Source: Raillietiella orientalis (Eukaryota). Taken from it: a stretch of DNA of 59,033 nt. Below the pieces are notes generated by a model. The model was not told the origin of the DNA. It was given only the letters and a program-made list of their open reading frames with translations, and did no database searches. Made by a program: the position numbers and the translations under genes. Below, piece after piece: positions 11,376 to 24,200 of the stretch. The DNA lies in the NCBI GenBank assembly GCA_036172245.1, contig JAYWIR010000103.1, positions 124,001 to 183,033 on the forward strand, read 5' to 3'. How positions within the stretch are numbered: position 1 is the first letter of the stretch; each line of letters starts with the position of its first letter.

Positions 11376-13449
11376 TGCTGCCTGATCGACCACCGAACCA
11401 CACGACGCTTCCACTGGGAGAGACTTCCTGGCACGAGGAGCACCGAGAAAACACGTCCACCCTAGAGCGCACAAGGCGTTCGACTGTGTAGCCCAGAAAC
11501 TTCTCTTGGAGCTCCTGGGTCGCATGAGCTTTCCACCCTCCCTGATCAACTACCTGCGCTCCTGCTGGCGCCATGCCATAATTTCCGTCTTTTTCAGCAG
11601 TCAGAAGGTGCATGGCGTACCGGTGCGGCGGGGCATCAGGCAGGGAGATAGCCTGAGTCCCCTGCTCTTCAGCACCTACTTTGAGTTGGTGCAGACTTCT
11701 TCGAGCTGCTCAGCCGTGGGACCGGACTGCAGGTCAACAGGGCGAAGTCGTCGGTGGTGCCAGTAGGTGCGGCGTGGGCAGGGCAGCAGGACTGGGTCCG
11801 TCTGGGGATCCCCACGGCGAGGTGCTTCAAGTACCTTGGTGTGCCGTTGGGGGACTACTCCCCTGCGGAAGCGTGGTCCAGCTGCCTCCAAAAAATCGAG
11901 ACGGCGATCGGCCCGTTCCTGGAAGGCAAGTTTCACTTGCCGGAACGGGCCGCGGTTTGGAACGCCTTCGCGGCCCCCATCCTCCGCCCCTTGCTTTTTG
12001 TTTGCTTCGCCCCCGTGGAATCAAAAAAGCGGACTAAGGACCTTCTCCGCATAGCTCTTTGGGGCAAGGGGAGGCCCCGAGTCCCACTGAAGGACTTGTG
12101 CGCTCCGCGTCGGGACGGCGGTCTTGGCCTCCTGACGCTGGAGCGCGTGGAGAAGCAGCTGCGGTGGCGAACCCTCGCCATCGCAGCGAAGATGTGGAGC
12201 ACCCCTTGGTGCACTCCGGCCCGCCTCCTGGCCAGCCGTGTGTCCCGGTGCGATGGACTCGCTTCTTTTCTTCTGAGCCGTGGCCGGAAGATGCGAAGAT
12301 GCGGCCTACTGCTCGGGCGCATGGCAACATTGGCCAAGGAGAACAGCTGGATGGTTTGCTGCCCCGCCAACTCCCCCGCCTGGCTGGAGGAGAATATTGG
12401 AACGTGGGCAGTAGTTAACCAGAGAAGCCACGAGACGTGGAATCGTCTCCGATGCAGCCCCTACGCCCGCTGCACGCTGCGGAATCTCCTGGAGAGTCCA
12501 GCAAGATGCACGTGGGCAGAGACGACCTGCCTAGCTACGGCGCTGCACTTCCTAAGGAGGGCACTTCACCGCACTCGGACGCCAAGGTGGCAAGTCTCCT
12601 GCTGCATCGAGGGACGCGAGAAGTTGATCAGCGGCTGGATAACAGGAGAACTGGCCGACGCCACGACCCCGAGGGTCCAGCCGCGAGGATTATTAAGATG
12701 GGGCGAGCTGCTCGCCATCCCCAGGGATGAGCTGAAGTGGCCCCCGGTAATAAAGGAATCCAGGATCCTGCCCCTCAAGTGGCAAGATTCGGCGTTGGTT
12801 TTGTTGCACTGGGGTCTACCCTGCAACGCGCGCCGCTTCTACTGGACGAGGGGAGCTGTGGATCCTGCGTGTGCCATGTGGGGGGAGCGGGAGTCGCTTC
12901 CCCACCTTATTGTGGATTGTGCTGCCCTCCGACCCCTTTGGGAACGGTTCGGGACGACCCTCGGGCTCCCTACGGGCAGCAACCCCAGAGACGTTCTTCG
13001 GCCCCTCCTCGTGAAGGACGCACTGCAGCCAGCCGCAGCCATCGCAGCCTTGTGCTGCGTCTGTGGCTTCGTGGGGGCATGGAGCGACGCCAACAACGAA
13101 GGAGTGGGTCCACAGGCGAGGGATGTCATCCCGTATGCCAAACGCTTCTTGCGAAGAGCTGCCGGATGGCGCCAACTGGGGAATATGCAGACTGACCTCG
13201 AGGGCTTCGTTCGACGGATGGGCCCTCCCCACAGCGACCAGTGATCCCTTCCCTGCCCTCCAGCTTCTTTTTGTTTGTTTCTTTTTATTTTACTTTTTGT
13301 CTTATCCCCATCCCCCTTCGCTGTCGGGGAGTGCCACGCCGGGCTGCGTCCCGGTGTCCCGACAGGTCCTGTGTTTACGGCCGTGGTGGGGCCTTGTACC
13401 ACGCATGGAAAGTTTATTAATAAACGCCCCGGGCGTACCCGGGTGATAA

Positions 13450-16183
13450 CGCCGATTCCCCGGAACAGACGTTGCACAGGGAACTGTTTGCAGAACTCCC
13501 GGACCGAGTCCTTAAATTGGTCCAAATCCGCGAGACTCTGGAGGCTGACGCCTCGCAGGAATTCGCGAAGATGTTCTTTCGCTCCTGACAGGCGCGTCCA
13601 GTCCCCTGGCATACGCCAATCCCTGGATGGCGGTCCCTTGTTGCGCGGGCGCATCTCGAAAACTAACCGGGAATGGTCCGACAGCGTCGATCCAAGTGTC
13701 CCTCGTTTTCCGACCCGTGTGCACAGGTCTTCGTCGAGGAAGACGTGGTCCACGCTGCTGACCATCCCGCTTATTTCTGTCAACAAGTTGCGCGCGCGCA
13801 TGGCGGCGCACAACTCGTTGATCGCGTTACCCTGTGCTCCGGGCTGATCTGAGAGCAGACCGACGTTGAAATCCCCTGCTATCAGATGCGCCTTTCGCAC
13901 GTCCGCGTCCACCAGCCATTCGCGCTTCAAGGTTTCCAGTAACGCGTTGCGCTGCTGGTATCCCTGTTTACCGCTAGGAGCGTACACATTGGTGACGATG
14001 AGGTCGATCGAATCGGACCATCTGAGAATCAGTTGGCCGATCCGTCCGTCGTCCCCAAAGCGCACTCACTTCACGGCCGCGTTAATGGCTGGCTTTAGGA
14101 AGAACGCGACCCCACAAGTGTTGCGGGCGCCGCATCGCCAGTACAACCGCCCTCCCGCAATCGTTTCGATCTCCTGGGCGTCTTTTGCGGTGATCACGTG
14201 GATCTCCTGCAAAAGTACCAGGTCGAAATCTCGCAAGGTGGCGGCTGTATCTCGTCTGTTTCCGTCGTCGCGCAGCCCGTTAACATTCCAACTGGCCGCG
14301 CGGATCCGACGGCGACAGGCGAGTCCAGGTGTTATTCCTGGGAACCTGGCGGTGGAGCTCCCGCCACCTTTTGGGGCGGGTCGCTGGACGGGGTTGGCGT
14401 CTTGCCCACCAACTCCCCATCCTTCTTTCGTGCCGACGTCTCCGGCTGCCCGTGCGAAGGGGGTGTTGTTCGTACCTGTTGGCCCACATCCATTGGTGCG
14501 GGTGGTTCAGGTTCGGCGGTTTCAGAGAGCATTGCTGACCCCTGGTTACCCTCCTCCATTGGAGTCGCCTCCTCGTCGGCTTCCGCACGTGGGTGATGCC
14601 CGACTTGGGCTCCCACGCTGCCATCCACTGGTTCTTCCACCATTGCATCCCCCTCGCGCGGAGGCGGAATGCACCTTCGGGGTTTCTGGGATTTTCGCCC
14701 CGCTTTCCTTGGTGGTGCTTCCGCAGAGGAGGATGCACTTCCGGCCTCCCGGTCCGACTCACCTGCGGGGGCCACTTTAGCCGCTGCCGGCCTACGCAAC
14801 CCCTTTCGCGAAGGGTTCTCGCGTTCGGCAAGCGTTGCCGCAAGCTCCTCGGCGGCCTTCTCGAAGGCTGCCTCCTTGGTTTCGGCGATTTTGTCGTCCG
14901 GCTGACCCTCTTCGCAAACGGGGGGTGGGTTTTCGCGCGCATTCTTCGCGGCAGGAAGATCGATCGAAGCCGTATTGCCTCCGGTGGTGTCGGCGGGAAC
15001 GTCAATGCGCTACAGCGTAACCGTGCATTCTCGGAGAGTTTCTACGCGCGACACGGATTGAGCTTTTGTTCCGGCCGCCGCCTTCTCTCCTTTCTTCGGG
15101 ACATGCTTGTCCTTTTTTTCTTTTTTGGCTTTGACTAGCTGCCAGCCCTGTTCACCCTCTGCGGTTTCGGGAAGGTTTTTCTCCGATGCCGCGCTTGGAG
15201 CTTGGGTTATTGGCACCTTTTCTCGGCCAGTTTCACGGTTTTCTAATTTTTCTTTTCCCGCGCGTTTCGCTTGCGCCTTTTTGGCGGCCGAGGAAATTGG
15301 GGTGGGGCGTTTAGGGCACACGCGACGGACGTGTCCCTTCTCCCCGCACAAGTAGCATACGATGTTCGGGCACCTCTTACGGATGTGTCCGACCGCATCG
15401 CAGTAGCCGCAATACCGTGGCTTGCCAGCATACCAGAGGTCTACTGGTTCTCCCGCGACCTCAAGTTTGTGGGGTAGCTTCGCTTCGTTTTTTGGGGTTA
15501 CGCGTGCCGCAGGAGGCCCCGAAGTGGCGTCCGTAGCCCTCAAAGATTGTGGGCTTCGGCCACAGCGCGTGTACGTCCCCGTACTTACTTAATTCTGCTT
15601 TTACGGCAGTGCGCGTCATGCGCTTGGATATTCCTGTCAAGTGGACCACTACCGAGTGGTCCATTGACACCGGGAAGATCTTACGGCCGTCCATGATCAG
15701 CGGGGTATTTATAAGGCGATCGGCTAGGCTGATGCTCTTGCACACCAGCTCAACCCGCTGCGCCCCGCTGAGCACGCACAGACCGTCCAGATCTTCCTCA
15801 CGGACATTAGCATTTTGTAGCGCTCTGCTGAAAGAGCGCGCTGTGTTTCCTTCAAACAAAGGGCCTACCTTGTATACAAGCGATGGCTTGTATTCAGAGG
15901 ACCGATAGGCGGCTTCCTCGGCCATGGCCTCCGCACTGGGGGCGGCGACCATTTCACTCCAAGTCTTCGCCGGCTGCGAAGACGTTCCAGGGACTATTGC
16001 CCCCATAGATGTAGGTCCTGTGGTAGGACTTGCCTCCCCCACAACCACATCCATCGCGGTGTCCTCTGGCACGGCTGCCATCGGACACCGACGACCCACA
16101 CTTAACACCTGACTACACTAAAAAAACTCCGGTTGCTTCCCAGACAGGCGTTGGCGGAGCGACCAAAAGACACGTCCACCCAC
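13450..16183 (-). mobile_element. Non-LTR retrotransposon C, 5' half (frameshifted ORF1 16081-14332; EN domain 14332-13450); inserted antisense into F
   Basis: 5' end gtgggtGGACGTGTCTTTTGG. Knuckles CGYCDAVGHIRKRC and CYLCGEKGHVRRVC. EN motifs WNVNG, NVYAP, GDFN, SDH. Cut by the 3' end of D at RLFRGIG. Confidence 0.9.
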
Positions 16184-19165
16184 ACCGGCTTTCTGCGAAG
16201 GCGTGAGGAACGACAGGAACTATCTCCAGGCCCCTGGTTTCTCCAACAAGCCCGACGTCCGTCGCCTGGCGGGAATCAAGGCTGGAGCGGAGAGGCAGGC
16301 CTGGCAATCTGGGCCTGCCTGCTTGCTGAATGAAGGCCAGGAGCACTCATCTCCAGCGCAGGTTTGCCGCATGCTGCGGGATTTTTATTCCTCGCTTTAC
16401 GCGATGAGACCACCAGAGCGCACCTCTGCGCAGCGCCCGCTGCCAGAGGGTGCTCCCGCGTTAAAGGAGGAAGAAATAAACATGTTCCTCCAAGAATTCA
16501 CGATGGCGGAGATAATCTCCGCCATCAGAAAAATGAAAAAACACAAAGCACCAGGGGAAGACGGCCTGCCAGCTGAATTCTACCAACACTTTGTGCCAGA
16601 GCTGGCTCCCCTGGTTGTAAAATTATGTATGCTGATTCGTGAACGTGGGGATGTCCCCAACTCGTTCCGGTCAGCTAGAGTACGTCTCCTTCCTAAGGGA
16701 GGAGACTTGCGCAACGTTGGCAACTGGCGTCCCATCACTGTAGTGAATGCGGACGCAAAGTTGCTCGCCAAACTCTGGGCTGAGCGTCTGGGACGGGTAG
16801 CGGCTTCCGTGGTCAGTCCGGAACAGACATACGCTGTTCCCGGACGAACCATGGAGGCCAACATGTTCCTCGCCAGCACATTCTGGCAGTTCAAACAACG
16901 CGAGGCGCAGCTACGTCGGGAAACTCCAGAACTCTCTATTGACAGGGGGGAGGGAAGCTGGGAAGAAGATACGGCGCCTAAAGCCCTTGCGGTCGCAGTC
17001 GATTTGCGTAAAGCTTTCGACTGCGTCTACCAGGAGCTCCTTCTGGAGCTCCTGGAACGCTTGGGATTTCCGGCCGTCTTCCTGGCCTACCTGCGCTCCT
17101 GCTGGCGCTTCGCGTTCATTAATATTGATTTCAGCGGCCCGCACGTGTTCGGCGTGCCGGTGCGGCGAGGCATCCGGCAGGGTGACAGCCTCAGCCCCCT
17201 GCTCTTCAGCATCTACTTTGAGTTGGTGCTGAGAGCATACAGGGAGACTTTGGCAACTCTGTTGAGCTCGTGTCTTGGCACGCCTGCCGTGTCGGCCTAT
17301 GCCGACGATCTTCTGCTCCTGCTTCCCGGGTCCACCCCGGCATCGGCGCTCGAGGATTTCTTCGAGTTGCTATACCGTGGGACAGGCCTCCAGGTAAACC
17401 GGACGAAGTCGTCGTTGCTTTTCACCGACTCGACGAGGGCCGGACGGTCGGACTGGATCCGCTTGGGGATCCCCACGGGCAGGTACATCAAGTACCTTGG
17501 CGTTCCGTTGGGGGACTTCTGCTCTGCAGAAGCCTGGTCCGACCGTCTACAAAAGGTGGAGCTGGCGATCGGCCCGTTCCGGGACGGGAAGTTTCACTTA
17601 CAGGAACGGGCAACGGTATGGAACGCTTTCGCAGCCCACCTCCTTCGCCCCCTACTTTTTGTGTGCCCTTCCCCTTATCAAATTAGGACACGGACTAGAG
17701 GCCTTATACGGAAAGCCCTCTGGGGCAACCGGAGGCCCCGCGTCCGGCTCAAAGACTTGTGCGCTCCACGCAGGGACGGTGGACTTGGTCTCCTGACGTT
17801 GGAGCGCATGGAGCGACAGCTCCAATTCAGAAAACTTGCCCTTGTGGCAAAGTTCTGGACAGCACCCTGGTGTGCACCCGCAAGACTCCTTGCTCACAGG
17901 GCAACCGGCTGCATCGGATTGACTTAAATCTTGGTAGCCAACGAACGCAGCCTGAACCATTGTGGTTATCAGCTGCGGGATTTGGTTGCCCTGCTGAGAA
18001 ACAACCCTTGGATCTCCTGCATCCCAGCGGACTGGACTACCTGGCTTCAGGAGTCCGTTTCCGCATGGGCGAAGATCAATGGCACTAGCGATGAGGACTT
18101 GTCCTGCCTCCGCAGAGGGAGGCACGCTGGTCAGCCACTCCAGGAGATCGTTTCCAACCCACGGAAACTTCTGTGGGCTTCCTTCACCCCCCTTGCCCAT
18201 TGCTGCCCTCCCTCGGGGAAGTTCGGGACAGCCACCAAGAGGCATCATGGGAAGTGTCCTGCCTCATCGGAGGCAGGAAAAAATCAATGAAGGCGTGGAC
18301 GCCGAGGGAACTAGCGGACGCTAGTACCCCGAGTTTCCCGCCGAACGGACTTTTACGCTGGGGCGCGCTGCTCGGTATAACTCCGGAGGAGGTGAAATTG
18401 CCCCCAGCGTCATGGAAGAACGGCACCTTTCCCCTGCAGTGGCAGGAAACGGCGTTGCTTCTGCTCCACTGGGGACTTTTAAGCAGAGCACGCCTGTCTC
18501 GCTGGACATCGGGGAATGTGGATGCTAGTTGTGCAGAGTGCGGGGAAAGGGAGACCTTCCTTCACTTGATTCTGGAGTGTGTTGCCCTCCGCCAAATGTG
18601 GGACAGAATCTCGTCGATCCTCAACATTCCGGAGGGTGACCCGAAAAACTTATTCAGACGCCTCCTGACGCGAGATGGCTTGCCAGCCTACGGTAGCGTA
18701 ATAGTGTTCTGCGGCATACGCGGTACCCTGGAGAAGTGGACCGCGTCTAGGAGAGGAAGGACCAGCCGGAATGCCATCCACTGGGCAGCGATCTCCTTGG
18801 AGAAAGCGTGCCGTTGGCGCCGACTTCGAAAACATTTGCCGGCACGTGTTCGCATCCGTGACCGGATGCAAAGGCCTGCTCACGGCGCACCATGATCCCC
18901 TCCCTCGCTCCCCCTTCCCAAAAACATTGCCCTCCAGATGTTTTTCTTTTTTGGTTTTGTTTTCTTTTTATTTTTCCCGCCCCGGCGCCAGTGAAGGACC
19001 TTATCGGTCTGCGGGTCGGTAAGGACAAGTGCTACTGAAGTTCTCTACTGAACTTCTGACGTCCTAAAAAAAAAAAGAAAAACTTTTAAGAACAAAGACT
19101 TTATAAAAAAATTTTGTAAGCTCAAAAGTTTAGTAATAAAAGCCCCGGCTTACCCGGGTGAAAAA
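16184..19165 (+). mobile_element. Non-LTR retrotransposon F, RT to 3' end (ORF2 to 18895 with a stop at 17927 and a frameshift near 18230)
   Basis: 574-aa ORF with PGEDG, DLRKAFD, RQGDSLSP, YADD and YLG. Finger CAECGERETFLHLILEC. 3' end AATAAAAGCCCCGGCTTACCCGGGTGAAAAA. Confidence 0.92.
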
Positions 19166-21235
19166 CCTGCGACAAGAGACCTGAAACCCACGTCTCCCCA
19201 ACCCATGGAGGTGGGGTCATTCCCCACCACAAAATCAGCCCCCGCCACTCCGGCGAGGGCTTGGAATAAAGTGGCCGCGGCGGATCTGCCGGACGTGGCC
19301 GCCGAAGTGCAGGCCTACATAAAGGAGGGCTACAACCCAGCCCTCCTTTAAAAGGTAGGAAATCTTTATTCACCGCTTACAACGCGGAAATTTGTTAACG
19401 CCATCCGTAGGATAGGAATCTCTGACGAGGAGATTCTTGCTTCTCGATTCGGAGCGGCGGGCAGTTCGCGGAGCTGATCTGCAAAGATGCAGCGCTCACA
19501 CACAAACTGCTCTGCACGCCCGTTCCGTTCGAAGGGCGGAATCTCCTCCCAGACACGGTGGATCACTCTATGGTGATCCACCTCACGGGTACAACGGTGC
19601 GGATGACCGATGAAGCCATCCGCACTGAAATCAACAAATTCGCGGAGATATACGCGATGTGGTCAAAGCCCAACGCCTTTACTTATCGAGGAGCATTCAA
19701 TGGGCGAGTGGCCGCGCGCGTAACTCTCCGCGAAAACAAAGAACTTCCTTACAAGCTTGAAGTCAACGACGAGCTCGTTGATATCTGGTACGTGGAGAAA
19801 GAAAAGTACTGTGGACTGTGCAACACATTTTGGCATCTGAAAAAGAGAAGCCGGGACGCCACATGCCCAACCTGCGGCGCGAAGGGACACTCTAGTGCTG
19901 TGTGCACGAAAAACGCCGCTACAACGCCTGAAACCCCTATTTTAAAAAAAGGGAAGCAGGCAGAAAACAAACCAAACAGTGAAGAACAGACAAACTCAGA
20001 AGAAGCCGAACAAAAGGAACAGGAGAATCAAAAGGAGACTTCTGAACCAACCGTCGGCGAGGAAGGCTCAAAACTAGTCGCAACCTAAAGAACAAAAAAT
20101 CCAAATGCTAGTAATGAAAAAACAAAAAAATCCACAAATCAGAACGCTAGGAAGCCGAAAAAAACAGCGAACGGCGAAAAAAAAATTACGCCTCGAGAAA
20201 TAACAAAGGAATGCCGCGTTAACATCGAGCGCGTTCCGTCGATCGAACGTCGATCGGCAAACGCGACTCCCGTAACCGTCGCGAACGCCGCGGAACCGCC
20301 GCAGGAATCCTGCGACAAGAACGTGAGCAGCAGCGACGAGTAAAACTTCGCGAAGGCGGCGGAGGAACTCGCGGCCATCTTAATGCAGCCGCCTAAGCCT
20401 GCAGAGAAGGCCGTCAGACGTCCGGCGGAAGCCAAAGGACCGGAAACCTCCGAGTCCGAGGCGGAAGGTGGAAACGCTCCCACCGTCGCCCTCCCGAAGA
20501 GGTAGGCGGGCCGGAAGTCCCGCAACCCTATGCGCGTCGCTCCCCCTCAGGCTGAGGAGGAGGAAATGCGCTCGGGTAGCGAGGAGGCGATGTCCGCGAG
20601 GTCGCGGTATCCCTCCGTGGAAACCGCCCGGTCCGATCTTCCGATCGACCTCAGTCCGCCTACCGACGCTCCGGTCGTTGCGGAAACGCCGTCCATGCAG
20701 GTGGACATCGACCAGCCGCCTCTCGAGCAGGAGGCGGCTACACAATCGCCACCACCATCATTAGCATGATGCGTGGAATCGCCTCTTGCCGGCAGCTGCG
20801 TATAGGCTGTTGGAATGTAAACGGGCTGCGTAGCGAAAGCAAGAGGCGCAGCGTGGCCGATACCCTGCGACCTTTCGACTTGGCACTTCTCCAAGAGGTT
20901 CACGCCCTCAAAGGAGAGGACGTCCAGGAGATCGAGAGGCTCACTGGGGGAACTCTACTTCTGAGATGCGGTAGAGACCACTCCCGTGGAGTGCCCCTCC
21001 TGCTGAAGATCGCCGTATAAAGGCAGTGCGTAGTGTAACTTTCGACGATGAAGGTCGAGTTGGGCAAATTGTCCTGAAGTGGTCCGACTCGATCGACCTA
21101 GTGGTCACGAACGTATACGCGCCCTGCAGCAGACACAGGTGCGGAGAATGCACTGCGTTCTTCAAAGCCCTGCGGCGAGACTGGTTGGCCGAAGCCGGCG
21201 TGCGGCGGGCGCACCTGATAGCAAGAGACTACAAC

Positions 21236-24200
21236 CGAGTGAGGATGTGTTTTTCTTCGCTCTCGTCTCCAGGCTTTCAATCGCTTCATCCTGGTGTCGC
21301 GCATTTTGACGACGATGTCGATCCAACCCGAAGCTACTGAAGTTGGAGGAACAGTATAGGGATCTGTAATCGCAAGACCGACGGCCGCCTCCACTTCGCC
21401 TTGCTCGCCAATGGCGATCAGTTTTGCTGACGTTGCTGCCGCGGCAGCCGTCAAAGGGGGAGCACTCGACGATTCAGAGTTGCGATCATACGTAGCTCAG
21501 GGCTATAGACCCGCTCTCCGATAAAAGGTAAGTTTCTTTCTGGGTTTGACGGGAATCAGTTCAACGATGAACTGACCCGTGTTAACGTGCGGGAGAAGGA
21601 CCTCCTCGCCATTATGCCTTTAAAGGATATGGGCTATTTCAAAGTGCGTTGCAAAGACGCTGCACTTGTGCAACGCTTGATGCGCACCCCGTTGTCGATC
21701 CGTGGCCAGAAGGTCTTCCCGGCCGCCATGGACGACTCATTCGTGGCGGAGATTTTCGACATCGAGTCGGAAATCTCGGATATTGATATTCGGAACGCGT
21801 TGGCGAAATTCGCCACGGTCCATGCGCTGTGGAGGGTGCGTAGCAACCTCAACGACTTCCCGTCCATACACAGCGGAGTCGCTGGAGTCCGGCTTAGAAT
21901 GCCGGACCGCCGTCTGCTGCCCACCAAACTACAGGTGAAAGACACGGTCGTTTACCTTTGGTTCGTGGGCAAAGTAAGAACGTGCGAGCAATGCGGGAAG
22001 GAGGGGCATTGTTTGGATAAATGCCCCTCCGGAAAATGCCGTTATTGCAAGCTTTCCGGGCACCAATTAGGAAATTGCCCCGATCTTTTGCGAAAAAAGG
22101 CAGCCGCGTAGCTTCGACGGACGAAAAAAAAGCGGAAAAAAATCAAAATTTCTCGAAAAACCCGGAAAACGCGCGGCAGAAATCCCGCAAAAACGCGAAG
22201 CGGAATGCCGCCCCAAAGAAGCGGGAGTCCTCGCACTCGAAGCCCCGCGCGCCCGATCTCGCGGCAGGGGAGCCCGAAAAGAAAGGGTGCGGGGAATCCG
22301 GGGCAATGGTAAGTCCCCCCAGGCGCAATACGGGACCCGCCGAAGCACGCACGACTCTATCGGAGTCCGAGCAACCGGCAGGGGCGTCAATGGACAACGG
22401 CGGTAAGGACACTCGCAGTACCGTCAGATCCATTCCTTCACCATCTTTAGTGGCGGAGAAGCCCAAAACAGGTAAGAAGGGTTGTGCCATGCCGACTTCG
22501 ATAGTCAACAAAATAAAATCCGCGCCGCGGTCAAACGCCGCGGAAGCGGAGAAATATTCCACATCGTCACAATCGGAGAGTAAGCTCTCGACTGAAGCGG
22601 ACGCGATTCCTACGAAGGGGTTTAAAGCCCCAAGGAAGGCAGCGCCGATGGCGAGCGTGTCGGAGTCATCGGAAATGCTCGCGTCCAAAGACGCGGGCGC
22701 CTCCAATGATGGCAATGGCGCATCAACGGTGGTAAAAGGGAGCGGAAAAATAAACAAAGCTCCAAAAAACTCACCACAACCTACATCCACGGCTCCAAGT
22801 GAAGGGAGGAAACTCCGTGAAGTTACGAAGACTTCCGCGAAGGTTCCACGTGGAACTGCGCGTAACAACGCGGACATCGCGTGTGCCGGGAAGGAATTCG
22901 TTACCAACAGCGACGCTATGGTTACGGGAAATGACGACAGGACTTCTGTCAAATTAGCATAGCCTGCCACTTCTTCGCGGAAGGCCGAAACTCGATCGAG
23001 CATCGGCCAAGCGGACCCCGAAACGGAGGCCGTCCCGATAGCCGAGACGAGGATAACTCGTTCCAAAGCGTGTGCGCGCCGATCTAAAGTAGGCAGCCAG
23101 CGAACGCTTCCAGCGAAACAACCCGAGGTCTCCACGAAACCCGACGGGGTCAAGCATGGCGTGGAGGCGTTACATGCATGTAGCACGACGAAGGAGGGTG
23201 GCGACCGCGCCCTCCAGCCGATCGTGCTGCTCGCCGTCCACTCGGAGGATAAAGCGAGCAAAAAGCCGCCGCCTTCCCAGCAGTAATGCGGGGAATCGCG
23301 TTTTCCCGTAGTATGTCCGTCGCGTGTGGAACGTGAACGGACTCCAGAACGACGAGAAGAGGCAGTTAGTAGCCAACGCCCTGCGCGCCTTCGACATCGT
23401 GCTCCTCCTGGAGATTCACGTAATCTCCGATGAGCAGGCAGCCGAAATCGAGAACCGCGCAGGCGGAACGCTACATGGCGGTGTGACGACGCCCACACGT
23501 GCGGCGTCGCGTTCCTCGTAAGAGGAAAAATGGCGAAAGCGGTGCGTGGTGTTCGTTTCGACGACGAAGGACGGTTAGGCCAACTTGTCATCAAATAATC
23601 GGAGTCCATCGATTTCGTCGTTAGAAACGTCTAGGCGCCGAGTGGCTCTCGCTACCTCGAAGAAAGAGTAGCTTTCTTTGGTGAGGTGCAGAGCCACTGG
23701 CTGAACAACTCCGGCCTCCAAGTGGCGCACCTCGTCACGGGGGACTTTAACGTCCGTCTGCTCTCCGACGATTCGAGCCGCCCCAGGGAGCGCGCGCTTC
23801 CCATCGAGATGTGCACGTCGGTGCCCGCCGTCAACTTCATGGTCAGCGAACCAGGAATGGAAAGATCGCTCGATCACGTTTTCCTCGACGAAAACCTCCA
23901 TTCACGTGTGAGTAGGAGAGGAAGATTGTTGACTGAGCTTTCTGACCAACACAGGTTGGAGTTTGAGATCTTTCCGCCAGGCAAGGGGCCTCCGTTGCAA
24001 AACAGGAGGATGCAGGCGGATCGGCTTAGCCATCCGGAGGCTGCGGAGCATCTACGTGAACACCTACGAGGCTTCGCCATTCAAGAACTCGCGGACTGGG
24101 ACAACCTCAAAAGATCTGTCCGCGAGTTCTGCTGCCAATTCCCCTTGCACCGGCTTCCACGCGGTTTCGGAGAGGGCGTGGCCAACAGTAGAGACTTTCT

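Larger units (their letters stand above)
5900..11469 (-). mobile_element. Full-length non-LTR retrotransposon B1 (~5.57 kb) with an 11-bp target-site duplication
   Basis: TSD CACAAGGCGTT at 5889-5899 and 11470-11480. 5' UTR, ORF1, ORF2 and structured 3' UTR are all present. Confidence 0.96.
4977..13449 (+). mobile_element. Non-LTR retrotransposon D, 3' part of ORF2 plus 3' UTR, split by B1 (pieces 4977-5899 and 11481-13449); inserted antisense into C
   Basis: ORF 5199-5942 carries PGEDG, NWRPI and DLHKA, and continues after B1 as FDCV...RQGDSLSP. A deletion near 11695 removes YADD. The C-terminal ORF 11754-13244 has the zinc-finger region. The 3' end reads AATAAACGCCCCGGGCGTACCCGGGTGATAA. 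Confidence 0.92.

Noticed and set aside
12839..14065. 408-aa ORF resembling an endonuclease fused to a novel domain
   Set aside because: It is chance read-through from the C endonuclease across the junction into the antisense 3' end of D.
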